Shown in pieces: positions 26,754 through 41,483 of a DNA stretch of 64,000 bases (position 1 is the stretch's first letter; every line of letters starts with the position of its first letter). Both the position numbers and the translations under genes were made by a program. The notes under the pieces were generated by a model that was not told where the DNA came from, made no database searches, and saw nothing but the letters and a program-made list of their open reading frames with translations. The DNA lies in NCBI RefSeq assembly GCF_001194135.2, contig NC_068981.1, positions 20,407,580-20,471,579 of the forward strand, given 5' to 3'. This DNA comes from Octopus bimaculoides. Its lineage: Eukaryota.

Positions 26754-27559
26754 GTAAGTTATCTTTCTGCCATTTCCACATCAAGCTGTTTCTTTTCATT
26801 TTATATAGTTTAGTTTTGCATTTCAGAAATTATTTCTCATTTGTTAAACAGATGTAAATATTTTGATGTCTGGGATGAGTTAATGTTAATACAGCTATAA
26901 TTGCTCAGACTATTAATCTCATGTTTAGAGACGAAATATTATTACATGCATCAATAGATTAAAGTGTTACTTCACTTGGTTTTAAAATTAAAGTTCCCTA
27001 GATCACATCTGGTCCAAGTACTGTGTACATTTGCTGAAGAATGAAAGAATGAAATGTATTGTAACTGCTAAAGATAAAATTAATGCTCATAAAAATTATA
27101 ATTATATTAAACAAAACGTTTGTGTTGATACACAAACTGAGCATAAAAATATAAGAGAACTGTCTAGGCCATCAGGCATTCACATTTTCATGTTCTAACT
27201 GTATATTTGCATAAAGATACTCCATCTAACAAATAAACACATATCTAATGTTCAGTCCTAGTTTACTATTCAATAATAGGAATTAAAATTTTTAATTATT
27301 TCTCAAAAGAAACCGTAAATAATATTTGACTAGCAAAGAAGACTGTGATGTATGTTCAGATGATATAAAGTCTGTCAATTAATGCTCTGAGGAGGAGAAT
27401 GGAGACAAACTCATTACCTCATCAGGTCCCTGCTCTTGATTATTTGGTGAGACTACTACTGTCAGCTAATGTTTAATTGTATATATCGAAAGCTGGGTAT
27501 CAGAGTAAAAAATGAGGGGACTACCAGAAGAATGTCATTTGAGAAGAGAAGGGTAAGAA

Positions 27560-27912
27560 TATGTAACAGAGTTGAGTCAGTTGATAAATTTGACTGATAA
27601 TGCGACACAAAAGAGTTGAAAGTTAATGCAACAGAAACTGCCCTTGCTATAACCAAGTTCACTCTCAGTGTAATAGGGTTGACCTTCAATGTCTAGAATT
27701 AACCCTCAATGACACAAACCTAACTGTTTATGTAACACAGTTGACTGTCAATGTAATGCAATCTTCTATACTATGACTGAGTTGAATGTCAATGGAACAA
27801 AATTAACTCTTAATGTAACAGAGTTAATAGTCAACATAACAGAGTTGACTATCAATATAATATAACTGATTGTCAATGAAACAAAGTTGAACATCAGTAT
27901 ATAATTGACTAT
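27560..27912. repeat. Degenerate ~21-bp minisatellite (aacagagttgactgtcaatgt-like) running into an N gap
   Basis: The motif recurs, and the minus-strand ORF shows 7-aa periodicity (LTINSVT-like). Confidence 0.6.
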
Positions 27913-28552
27913 NNNNNNNNNNNNNNNNNNNNNNNNNNNNNNNNNNNNNNNNNNNNNNNNNNNNNNNNNNNNNNNNNNNNNNNNNNNNNNNNNNNNNNNN
28001 NNNNNNNNNNNNNNNNNNNNNNNNNNNNNNNNNNNNNNNNNNNNNNNNNNNNNNNNNNNNNNNNNNNNNNNNNNNNNNNNNNNNNNNNNNNNNNNNNNNN
28101 NNNNNNNNNNNNNNNNNNNNNNNNNNNNNNNNNNNNNNNNNNNNNNNNNNNNNNNNNNNNNNNNNNNNNNNNNNNNNNNNNNNNNNNNNNNNNNNNNNNN
28201 NNNNNNNNNNNNNNNNNNNNNNNNNNNNNNNNNNNNNNNNNNNNNNNNNNNNNNNNNNNNNNNNNNNNNNNNNNNNNNNNNNNNNNNNNNNNNNNNNNNN
28301 NNNNNNNNNNNNNNNNNNNNNNNNNNNNNNNNNNNNNNNNNNNNNNNNNNNNNNNNNNNNNNNNNNNNNNNNNNNNNNNNNNNNNNNNNNNNNNNNNNNN
28401 NNNNNNNNNNNNNNNNNNNNNNNNNNNNNNNNNNNNNNNNNNNNNNNNNNNNNNNNNNNNNNNNNNNNNNNNNNNNNNNNNNNNNNNNNNNNNNNNNNNN
28501 NNNNNNNNNNNNNNNNNNNNNNNNNNNNNNNNNNNNNNNNNNNNNNNNNNNN

Positions 28553-28590
<38 letters not shown>

Positions 28591-29340
28591 GTGTGTGTGT
28601 GTATGTATATATGTATATGTCTGCATATGTGTCTGTATGTCTTTGTCGTGATATCTCATAATTGTTGTAAATAAGCTCACCATCATACAAGTGGTCAAGT
28701 GGTGTGCTTCATTTCCAGTCTTCCATGGAAACGTGGCCATGGGGAAATATTATCTTACTTGGAAACAGGCGAGAGTTGGCAGCAGGAAGGGCATCCTGCT
28801 GTAGAAAATATGCCTCAACAAATTCCATTTGACCCATGCAAGCATAGAAAAGTATATGTTCAAACAATGATGAAAATGTTGATATAACTAATTTTTCTCA
28901 CTGAAACCATTTTTGTTTCGTTGAAAGCATTATAAAAATTAAGGTGGTGGTGGTGGTGGTTGTCCACGGAATATAGATATGGGTTTGTGAATTTTAGAAA
29001 ATCACATAAGGCAGTGTTTTTCAATCTTTCTTACCCCATGCCCCACTTCAGTTTCCTAATAGAAGATCTTGCACCTCCTCTATAACCAGACAAAATACAC
29101 GCGTGCGCACACACACACACACACATACACATACTGTTTCCAAAATGGAGGCAAACATCTTTCTCCATATGATCGGCTTGAAAAATTGTTAAGACACTGG
29201 GATATTTTCCTACTTTTCTTAACATGAAACCAATGATAGCCTTAATTCACAAATAAAGAAATTATATCCACTAATGCAGTGTTGAGCACTCATTTCCATC
29301 GTTTGATATTTATGTACATATATATATATTATTGTGTCTG

Positions 29341-29606
29341 GGGAGAGTCATTCTGTTCTGATGCCTCATTAATTAACATACTCACCAGTTCGATTTCCAC
29401 TCATTTACTTATTTATTTTTTCTAAAATTTTCATTGTTTCTTGCAACCTCTTCAATAGTCGTTGACTCTGTCCAGAGATAGTCAATGACTATTGAAGAGG
29501 TTGCAAGAAGCAACAAAAATTTTAGAAAAAATAAATAAGTAAATGAGTGGAAATCGAACTGGTGAGTATGTTAATTAATGAGGCATCAGAACAGAATGAC
29601 TCTCCC
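29341..29606. repeat. Long near-perfect palindrome (~120-bp arms), MITE/foldback-like
   Basis: gggagagtcattctgttctgatgcctcattaattaacatactcaccagttcgatttccactc... is mirrored by ...gagtggaaatcgaactggtgagtatgttaattaatgaggcatcagaacagaatgactctccc. Confidence 0.9.
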
Positions 29607-29977
29607 NNNNNNNNNNNNNNNNNNNNNNNNNNNNNNNNNNNNNNNNNNNNNNNNNNNNNNNNNNNNNNNNNNNNNNNNNNNNNNNNNNNNNNNNNNNNNN
29701 NNNNNNNNNNNNNNNNNNNNNNNNNNNNNNNNNNNNNNNNNNNNNNNNNNNNNNNNNNNNNNNNNNNNNNNNNNNNNNNNNNNNNNNNNNNNNNNNNNNN
29801 NNNNNNNNNNNNNNNNNNNNNNNNNNNNNNNNNNNNNNNNNNNNNNNNNNNNNNNNNNNNNNNNNNNNNNNNNNNNNNNNNNNNNNNNNNNNNNNNNNNN
29901 NNNNNNNNNNNNNNNNNNNNNNNNNNNNNNNNNNNNNNNNNNNNNNNNNNNNNNNNNNNNNNNNNNNNNNNNNNNNN

Positions 29978-30014
<37 letters not shown>

Positions 30015-30182
30015 GAGAATTTACGAAAAAAAACAACAACAGACGAGGACAGGTGGTGTAAACAACAAAAGGATGTATTAGTTTAACGCTCGGGAATACA
30101 GAAAGATATATATATATCGGAGGTTTTAATTAAGACTTTACTGCAAGTTTAATTCACTTGTTACTTCTGCTTCATTTGGAAT

Positions 30183-30206
30183 TAACCCTAACCCTAACCC
30201 TAACCC
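30183..30206. repeat. Short interstitial (TAACCC)4 telomere-type repeat
   Basis: taaccctaaccctaaccctaaccc. Confidence 0.7.
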
Positions 30207-30529
30207 TTGTGGGGGTTTGTTCCTCCTGCCTTGAGAAACAACTACTGAACAACCTTTATTACGATTATTCCCCTTAGACCAAATAACCTTTACTGGTTTA
30301 ATTACTGTAAATTACTGAAACATTCACTATATATTTTCTTAACATGATTTATGACATTAATTCTCTACAGTTGATACTATTGTTTTATCGCGATGCTTAA
30401 AGTTATTATTGTTGTAGTTATTGTTGTCCATGAAATTCTTGTGTTTATATAATTCCGAAATTTTGTTTTTAGACTAAAGTAATATAGTTATTGTCTTCAT
30501 AACTGATTGTCTTGTCTGTGTGTTTTCAG

Positions 30530-30673
30530 TGGACAATCCCTGGGAACAGTCTGACGAAGCCATGTGCCCCGAAGGATGCCCTGAGCATTCATTTTGCGCT
30601 CGTCTTATACCAACTCTGCATTACGAATGCGTGTGCGCTGCTGGTTTCCAAGGAAACGGAGAAGTGTGCAAAG
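30530..30673 (+). CDS. Exon H: EGF-like module (CxCxxGFxGNGxxC type)
   Basis: ttttcag| ... AAAG|gtattt, phase 1-1. LDNPWEQSDEAMCPEGCPEHSFCARLIPTLHYECVCAAGFQGNGEVCK. Confidence 0.92.
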
Positions 30674-32019
30674 GTATTTCGAATCAAACTTTACTAACAA
30701 GGGAAACAACTCTTCTTCATTCAATCTAACGAGTCTTCTGTCTTCTGTGGAAAGTTCTCTCAGCAGGGTTTTTATTCATCATAGCTTAACCATAGGGGCA
30801 ACGTCAGTGCCAACAATTCTTTTACAAAGCTCTTAAGACTGGTGGGAGAGAAGAAGGTAGATTTCGCATCAGATGCCTGTTCTTGATGCTAATGTCACCC
30901 AAGGACTAAACAAGAGTGTTAACTGGGGTTTGGTTTAAGTAAACTTTAACTGATAAATAAATATTAAAAAAAAAAACAGCCAAATAACACTATATGTTTC
31001 AAATTTAATGAAACTTTGATAAAGATTGTGAAACGTATTTTAATAACAGATTATTTAATATCGGTTATGTAAATAATAAAATTTTCAATTGAGTTTATGT
31101 GAGTCAAAGTTTAGCATATCAGGCTCTTTCTCTTTAACAGGGCATAGAAAAAGATTAAAAAATAAGTTATTTGTCTGGTTACTGCGTCAAAGGGTAATTA
31201 TACTTTCTACTCCTCAAAGAATTAAACCATTATTCAACCTCCTACAATGACACCTTTTCATTTATTGTTACTGACAGAGACTTTTACCTGTGTCTTTGTG
31301 TTCCAAACTTTACCTGATTAATATTTTCAGTCTCAGTGTTTCTTGTCCCCTAAACAACCAGTAATATTCCTTGCAGTATGATAAAAAGGAATATTACACA
31401 CTCATACACAACTCCTCCTTGTTATGTTGATATTTCTGTTTGGTACCTATATCAAAATTGTTCAAATCCTTGTGTAAGAGGTGTAGTGAAATTTAAGAGA
31501 GAAAAATTCCATTATAAAACTTATTGAGTGTATCTGGGAATTGAACACTTCAATGTTGTGTCTTCAGGTTGGATTCCTGTGTGTATTCACTGACAAATAC
31601 ATATGCACACACATACTCATGCACTCATTCAATGTTGTCATGTTGTTACAAAAATAGCTACAGTATGTACACTGAGATATATCTTATCAAACATTATACA
31701 TGATCTTTAACATAACAATAGTAGCTTGTCCTTCAGACTACATTCCCTTTGTCACAAATCAAGTTTCGTTCTGTTGAGTAAATTGATGTAGAAGTGTTCC
31801 TACGGTACTTGATATGTTGTCTCTGTTGCCAGTCTTTAATGTCATTGACCTTTCACAGTTCTTGTCTTCAACATCTTTAAATTCTATAAAATAAAAGTCT
31901 TGGCTGGATTATCAGATAATGTCAATGTGAAGATTCTAAGTTGTTGATTTACCAGAGGTCTGCCCTGAACAAGCAAAATTCTAGGGACTTGTCTTAGACT
32001 ACTTTGTCCTGGGCAAGCA

Positions 32020-32305
32020 TCTATACATTATCCTAGGTATTAATTACAACACATTGTTATGGATACACATTTATACATTGTACTAGAAATACTTCAATGC
32101 ATTTTCCTGAACATAACATACATTTATGCATTGTCCTAGAGACACATCTACACATTATCTTGGATACAATGCACATCTACACACTATCCTGGACATCAAA
32201 CACATCTATTTTTCTGATCCTATTACACTTCTACACATTGTCCAGAATGTTAAATAGAGCTGTAATCTCACAGCTTCACATTGTCCTGGAATTACATCTG
32301 TACAG
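32020..32305. repeat. Degenerate minisatellite (cacatctacacattgtcctgga-like)
   Basis: acatt(g/a)tcct(a/g)ga recurs at roughly 22-30 bp spacing. Confidence 0.55.
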
Positions 32306-32524
32306 TAATCTAACCACTCACACTTATAACTGAGACACCTTTTCAGTTTCATACTTGTTTCTGTTATTGATGCTGTTAAGACATTAATTAACTCCTGGCG
32401 TTTCCGATGATTTCCACTCACTTACTCTCCACTGGAATATTCAATAGAATGAGTTAATTATCTCCCCATGTATAGCTTCCTAAGTCCAAACAGTCAATCC
32501 ACCATAATATGTCTCTAATTGCAG

Positions 32525-32671
32525 AGTGTCCCAACAACACATATAAGTCTGACATCAGTAACAGTACCTGCCTTCCATGCCCTAATGATTCAGATTCACA
32601 GCACATATCAGCCTCAAAGGCCTGCCTCTGTAAAAGTCCATCAGCTCGGCTTGTAGATGGAATTTGTGAAG
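32525..32671 (+). CDS. Exon I: Eph-receptor-like (GCC2/GCC3-type) Cys-rich repeat
   Basis: attgcag| ... GAAG|gtaatt, phase 1-1. ECPNNTYKSDISNSTCLPCPNDSDSQHISASKACLCKSPSARLVDGICE matches CPxxTYK...CxPCP...CxC. Confidence 0.92.
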
Positions 32672-34126
32672 GTAATTCATTCAAATATAATTCTAAAACA
32701 GAATCTTTTCTTCTCTAGCATGGCTAATTCTTTTTCTTCGTAAACGTATATAAATATATTTCTTCCATGTTCTTATGTGTTGGATAATTCTGCAAATTTT
32801 GACAATTTACATAAATGCTGTTGCCACTGCTGCTGCTGCTGTTTCTTGTTGTTGATCTTGTTTCTGTTGTAGCTGTTGTTGTTCTTGTTGTTGTTGCTGT
32901 TGTTGTTACTGTTAAATAATTCTTGTCTGCCCTTCTTTGACATCTATAATTCACAAACATAGTCAATCAAATGTAAATATATGACTCACCACTCCTTCAA
33001 CACATCAGACCTAGCCACATTATTCAATACTACCAGAGTGGAAGTCATAATACATTCTGATACCACCAAGTGTCTTCTACTATAGCCTTCAGCTGACTAA
33101 AACTTTGTGAGTGGAATTTAGTAGACAAAAACTCTTTGGAAGCCCATCATATAAGTGTATGTGTTTGTAACTGTGTTTATGTTAACACTGATTTAAAGAC
33201 TTGTGTTGTTATTTATGTAGTGTCCCTTTATGTCCTCTAACTTAGTGGTTTGATAAATGGCGATTGATACCAGACTCTGAAATAAGTACTGGATGGGGCA
33301 ATATAATCAACCAAAACTTTGAAGGTTGTTCTCTTGTATTGCCACAGTCCAATGACTAAAACCAGTAAAAGAAAAAAATGATTCATTAGAATTTGCTGTA
33401 GTTTTCAGAACATGTATCATCTACCTTGGTGTCCAGTGTATGTTTGTGTTTGTCCAAAAGGTGACATTGTTCTACAAACATGAGACTCTGTAAGATCCTG
33501 ATAGATCTTGAAACACACTAGTTTAAATATGTAACAATTCCTTCATTTACTGATTCTGATTCAAAAAATCCAAGAAAAGACTCTAGCATCTGCTTTGGTT
33601 GTGTTTTGGAGAAATCTGACTACTGGTGTAGTTTATTCCTTTCCCATTAGACTTTGGAAAGATTTAATAGAAATATAACGAGGTGATAAAGTGCTGGTTA
33701 ATTATACAGTGGATTGATGGAATCATTAGAGTATTGGGCAAAATGATGTGTGGTATTTAATTACAGCCATTTATGTTCTAATCTCAAATCTTGTCAGGTT
33801 GAACTTGACCTTTCATCCTTCTGTGGTCAATGAAATAAAATACCATTCATTTAAGTAGTGGGTTTGATTTAATGAACAACACCATCTTCCAAAATTTGTT
33901 GCTTGTGCCAATATTAAAAAAAAAGTCAATTATACAGTGGCCTTAATATTTACTGCAGTGATCTATGCATGTACTATGGTATCTGTTTGCAGCTAAGTGG
34001 ACTGAGCTTTTGCCAGTAATATTGTGTAATGTTGATAGAAGGATTTGATCTGTTGATTCCTCAGTTTGGACTCTACAACAGAACTCTACAAATAATCAAG
34101 CTAAAATAATCGTTAACAGGAACATG

Positions 34127-34187
34127 GTTGCTAGGCAAGAGATTTGCCTAACAACAGATACACTAAACAACAGGGTTGCCAGGCAAC
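34127..34187. promoter_or_regulatory. Cluster of three RFX X-box-like motifs and one forkhead-like site
   Basis: gttgctaggcaag (34127-34139), tttgcctaacaac (34143-34155), taaacaa (34164-34170) and gttgccaggcaac (34175-34187, a perfect GTNRCC-N-RGYAAC match). Confidence 0.55.
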
Positions 34188-34304
34188 AAAATTACCTGTT
34201 TATTGTTTTGTTTTGTTTTTTCATTTTTCATTTTCCTTCTTTTTCGTTTTCTTTTTTTTTTTTTTTCATTATTGTGTAATGAAATATCTTTTCTATTCTA
34301 CCAG

Positions 34305-34469
34305 AAACTGAGACAACATCAACATCCAGACCAACTACTACTGTTACTACTACTACTATTACATCTACTACTACTACTACTACTACATTGCCTACCACTA
34401 GTACCACAACAACTATGTCAACAACAACAGAACCTATTATAACAACTAGGAAGAAAGCAGCTAATATTG
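34305..34469 (+). CDS. Exon J: Thr-rich mucin-like stalk
   Basis: tctaccag| ... ATTG|gttagc, phase 1-1, 165 nt open. ETETTSTSRPTTTVTTTTITSTTTTTTTLPTTSTTTTMSTTTEPIITTRKKAANI. Supported by splice sites and frame only, since low complexity gives no homology signal. Confidence 0.75.
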
Positions 34470-35597
34470 GTTAGCTTTTCTTTGATATATTTTTGTTTTT
34501 CACTTTTTGAAAAGTGAATTAACCAAGATTTTCAATGTAAAATGGTATTAAATGTTATAAGAACCAATTTGAGGCAGAAAAGAGAAACATGCAAACAGGC
34601 TGGACAGATACTCTTTTCTTTCTTAAACTGGTATTAATAACATCTATACTATATCCAGGACCCCTTACTATCATTCTTCTTTACTCCTATCAGTCACTCT
34701 GTATTCACCATACCACCTATCATGGACATCAACCATTTTTGCTTACCATCATCCATCACTTACTCTCCCTTACCATCACACAGTTTTACTGCCACACCAT
34801 CACGCTGTTCATGTTGTTTTCTAGTCAACCTCCTTAACAACAACCTGCATGTAGCCGTCATTATCTCTCTTTCCATCACTCCCTCCCTTATCATTCTCTC
34901 ACTCTTATCACACTGATTCTACCAATTATGTTCCTACACATACTCTTTCTCATTTCATTCTCTTAGTCATCGATCTGTTGTCTCCTTGGTTGGGTTTACC
35001 TTGGAAGAATGAAAACAATATAGAAGTAGGGAAGACTGTCTAGACTTGCAGGGGACATAAACAACTCAGTAGTGTTGTTGCTATGGTAAAATAACCCCAA
35101 TACAGTATAAAGTAGTTGGCAAATGAATAGAGACAGCATAAGGTAGATAAGACTCTTTGTCTTGTTAAGGACTTGAAAACCTCTCTAGTGCTAGTGACAC
35201 AATAAAATGCACCCCATTCCCTCTATGGAGTTATTGGTGTTACAAATGGCATCCAGTAATAGAAATGATTCCCAAAATGGAATGATTGAGCAAGACACTT
35301 GCTCCAAATAAAAACTGAATCAAACTGTGACCTCCCGTCAAACCTATGCTGACATGAAAAGTAGACACAAAATGATGAGGATGGTGATGCATTATCATCA
35401 TCCTCATTGCAAAAAAATAATGGGTAGCCAAATCAGTAAAACATTGATCAAATGCCATGTAGTATATTGCTGTGTCCTGTTATGTTCTGAATTCAGTTTC
35501 CAGATCAACTTTCAGAGTTGCTAAAATAATGCCATTTAAATACAAGTCATTTACTTCAGTTAGAAACTATTATTATTATTATTGTTATTATTATTAA

Positions 35598-35630
<33 letters not shown>

Positions 35631-36164
35631 CCTTGCTGTGTCCCTTCATACATTGCTCTTCTGGCAAATAAAGAGATGATTATTATTATTATTTATATTT
35701 ATGATAATAATGGCCCTGGTATTTGAATGATACTATTTTTGCAACCCTGAAAATTGACCTAAGGGAAAATTGAAGACCGAAAATGACAGGGCATAACTAA
35801 ATACTACAAGGCACGTTGTCCAATGTTTTCACTAATTTTGCTACCCAATATTTTCAATAATAACAATAAGCAATTTATGTCTGCTTTATCATTAATAAAA
35901 AGAAATCATTATTATTATTCAAGGCAGTCACAGGGCAGAATCATAAGCATGTCAGACAAAATGCTTAGCAACATTTTTTCTGTCTCTTCACATTCTGAGT
36001 TCAAATTTCACCATGGTCAACTTTGCCTTTCATCCTTTTGGGGTTGATAAAATAAAGTGCCTGTTGAGCCCTGGGACTGTTGTAATCAACTAACACCTAC
36101 CCATAATACTGTTGGCCTTATGCCAAAATTTGAGACTGTTGTTGTTGTTGTTATTATTATTATT

Positions 36165-36830
36165 TTTATTCATGATTTTAGAAATACATCAAGTGTTTTC
36201 CTTTCTTACATCAAAAAAGTATTAACTACATTTTGGAAGACATCCATAAAAATGCTCAGAGCTAACCAATGCAGTGTGAAAATGCCTAATGCCATTTGCA
36301 AATGTCCTCTTGCCATTTTCTGGAATGCAGCTATGTCTATCCTTACAGCTAATCTGTCAATGTATCATCATTCCAGTTGTACTAATTGCAAATGGAATTA
36401 TAAACACATTCCTTAACTGACATTTCTTTCTTTTTAATACGCCAGCTAAGTCAGTGTAACTCTTCAGATCTCCAGCTTGCTTCTGCACAACATTACAATT
36501 ATTTGGTATTGCTGTATCAATTGCCATTTATGTCGTGTAAAATTATGTTAGGCTTATTATGTGCTATTTGGTGATCTGTCTGTTTGCTAAATTTCCATAG
36601 TATCTGCACATTGTCTATTTTTTGTTTTTCTGAAGACAGGTAAAGGTTGATAAGAGTGCTGCTGCTACAGAGCTTTTTTCTCAAAAGAGTTGAAGCTGTG
36701 TAGCCAGTTATAGATTCGCTAAGCTATTATGTTTCCAGATATATTTGATATAGGCTAGTGTTGTACATGCTGGGACTTTCTGGAGTATTGGTTTGAAATT
36801 AGAACAAAACTTCATGTATTTTGTAACAGT
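36165..36830 (-). mobile_element. Decayed Dong/R4-like 3' fragment
   Basis: Minus-strand remnants ACTTLAYIKYIWKHNSLAN, VQILWKFSKQTDHQIAHNKPNII and IDTAIPNNCNVVQK. (TAA)n arrays lie at both ends. Confidence 0.7.
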
Positions 36831-36845
36831 TGTAGGTAATTTTTA

Positions 36846-36903
<58 letters not shown>

Positions 36904-36904
36904 T

Positions 36905-38769
<1,865 letters not shown>

Positions 38770-39499
38770 TATACTATTATTGTTGCAGATATCATTTAGC
38801 TAGATCAGGTAGTTTAAATTTTTCTACCAAATTTTTTTGAGTCTAACCATTTCAAGATTGACTTTGTCTTTGATTCTAACAAGAGGAGTGAAATGAGTTT
38901 CAGTAATATACTCTCTTTTACATAACTGCTCTAGGGGTTGGGTAGTGGACTAGCAGAAACAGTAGAATCACAGACAGATTATTGTAGGAGTTGTTGTACA
39001 AATGTAAGTTCGCAGTACACCAAACCTGCTACACAAGTTCAAATCACATGTCACAACCACTTCACTTTTATCGTGTGACTAATTCTGATTGCAACTGAAA
39101 TGGACATAAGAAAATCTCATTTGTCCAGACAGGCAACTATTAACATTGTGGTAGGTAATGTTGTAGAGAAATTCTTATTGAACCAAAGCCAGCTTACTTG
39201 ATTTTGGTTTCAATTGAGAACAACTTCACATATGTCTATAATGTCATTGAGAAAAGTTATGAATGCTACACCTTGTCATCTGTTATAAAGAATCAGGACT
39301 TTTTTTTTATTAATTCACACCATGGATATTGATACCGCATTTATTTTCCCAACATAATGTAAGTTCGATTTTCTTTCATATGCATATATGTCTGTGAGTT
39401 GAGGAAGTATGTTTTAAATGTATGTGAATGTGTAAGTATATCTATTATATGTTTGATTGAATCATAATCATTGTCTGTTCATTTTACCATGTTTGCATA

Positions 39500-40190
39500 A
39501 ATTGAATGTATTTTTTCCAGCACAACATTCCAACACATGTTGCAGTCCATTGTCATCTCTCATCACAAGGTTCAGCATTCTGAGATCAGTCTTCATCATT
39601 TCTTTCATTTTTCTAAGTCTTCCTCTTCTGCATGCTCCATTCACTTGGATTGCTTGACATTCCATTATCCCAACTCTCATTTTCTATATGTGTCCTACAT
39701 CCAACTCAGTTCACTCATTTCTCTTGTACATTATCTCATATTCCTCTGATGCCCCTTTTTTTATCTAAGCTTATCAGTACATTGTCATTTCTGCATGCTA
39801 ACATTACACATCCTACAAAATATGCTCACCTCATTTCTGTTCAGCCTTTGCACATCCTCATGGATATTCAATGTCCGTGTTTCATTACCATTGCATTATC
39901 GCACTTCATGCACAAGCTTTATTTGAAGATCCCTTTCCTTTTATCTCTGAAAAATCTTTGGTTGCAAATAGACATATATGAACTCTTTCCATCCCACTCT
40001 TACTCTATCAACTGCTTCTAGGAAGAATGCATTTCAGAGTTCTGTGTCAGCCTACCTATGATCCCATTGCATCTTCTGTACACCCACAGTTTACTTTGAA
40101 TATACAATAGAGAGTTCCTACGTACCCCTTTTCTGTATATCAGTTATGCCCACTTACCAGATTGCAATAAAGCTTTGTATCCTACCATTA
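39500..40190 (-). mobile_element. Decayed RTE LINE 3' fragment
   Basis: GACRRGRLRKMKEMMKTDLRMLNL resembles the RTE C-terminal RGRPRKTW..V..DL motif. Confidence 0.5.
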
Positions 40191-41483
40191 TAGAGATAGG
40201 CATGGTTGTTGGTTAAGAAGTTCACTTTACAACCACATGTCTTCAAATTTAATCCCATTATGTGGTACCTTGGACAATAATAGATGTATTAGTTTAACGC
40301 TTGGGAAGTGAGAAAGTCTTTTACATTTCAAGCCTATGCTTCGACAGAAAGGAACACAGAAATAAACACGGAGAGAAAATAGAAAAAGGTTTAGTGGCTA
40401 GCAATCTATCATGGCAAAATGCCATATATGTTTTCCACTTGGTTAACAGCTTTTGTTGTAGAAAGCATCAATGGTTCCTCATACTGACACAAACTCAACT
40501 TACATCTCATTTAAACTGATTTACCAATTCATATCCCAATTGGTCATGTTGTAGATCTTTCTGCAACTTTCATACTTTGATACATCAATTTGATGCCTCT
40601 CTAATTGCTTCATTCTAAAGCATTAGCCTTGGCCCTCTAATCATTGACAGCAATGCTGCTCTGCCACTCATTGAAGATAATACCTCTATGCCTAACTGAC
40701 TGACTATGAGTGACCAACACGTCCTACTTTGCCAGGTATTGTCAATAGCTTAGCAAATATCTTTGATATTTCAAATGCATTTCTTTTCTTCATATTCTTA
40801 ATGACTCTTTTTTGCAGCATGGCTCTCAACCCCCAGTTGCAGATTACTCTGTTGGGTTCATTTAAAGTAGTAACTCCCACATGTTATTGTCATCCAGCAA
40901 CCACTCATTGTAATAGTTTTCTGTCATTTTCTTCTCAACACCACCGAGCAAGAGTACATCACTATTATTATGCATGCACTTTTCACTGAATAGATACTGA
41001 TTCATCACAAATCACTTCACAATTGTTGGCACTTCTTGCGATAAACCTGTTGTCTAGATTCTCTTCTAGCAACTTGATATTACTCCTTGCTCCCTCCTTT
41101 CTTCCAGTTTTTTCAGGATTGTCTCTTAGTTTTTATTGCTTTATCTAGTCTATCATTCCACCACCCCATACCATGTATCTACTATACTATGTCCCTCTCT
41201 GCTGGGATGAAAGCTTGCTCCATCTACAGATCTAGCTTACAGTAAGCTGACTCATGGAAAATCCCAGTTGTCATGTATGTTGTAAGTTTTTGCCTTCTTA
41301 TCATAAACATCACCTAATACTTTTTAGACCTAACATGTGGCTAAGGGATCTCTCATCTTACTCTTTCTTCTCCAGTTTGCCTTCTGTCACTTTGTCCACC
41401 TGGCTCTTATCCTGATGTTGCAAATTACTGGTCTACATTGACTGGTTCATTTTCCACTAAGAATTAGTATTTACAACCATCTG

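Noticed and set aside
27766-28740. Long ORFs spanning N runs (also 13134-13982, 29547-30086, 45748-46204, 56303-57079)
   Set aside because: Open only because the gaps contain no stop codons.
31750-33520. Minus-strand mini-gene downstream of the X-box cluster (MSPFGQTQTYTGHQ..., EFKDVEDKNCERS...)
   Set aside because: Phases could not be joined consistently beyond about 56 aa, and no homology was recognised.
34176-34442. Hydrophobic ORF upstream of the mucin exon as an alternative signal peptide
   Set aside because: Out of frame with exon J. It is the translated polypyrimidine tract, and the exon J frame has a TGA at 34280-34282.
40729-40989. IFDISNAF motif resembling the L2/CR1 RT motif LDISKAFD
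   Set aside because: Too short and degraded to call.
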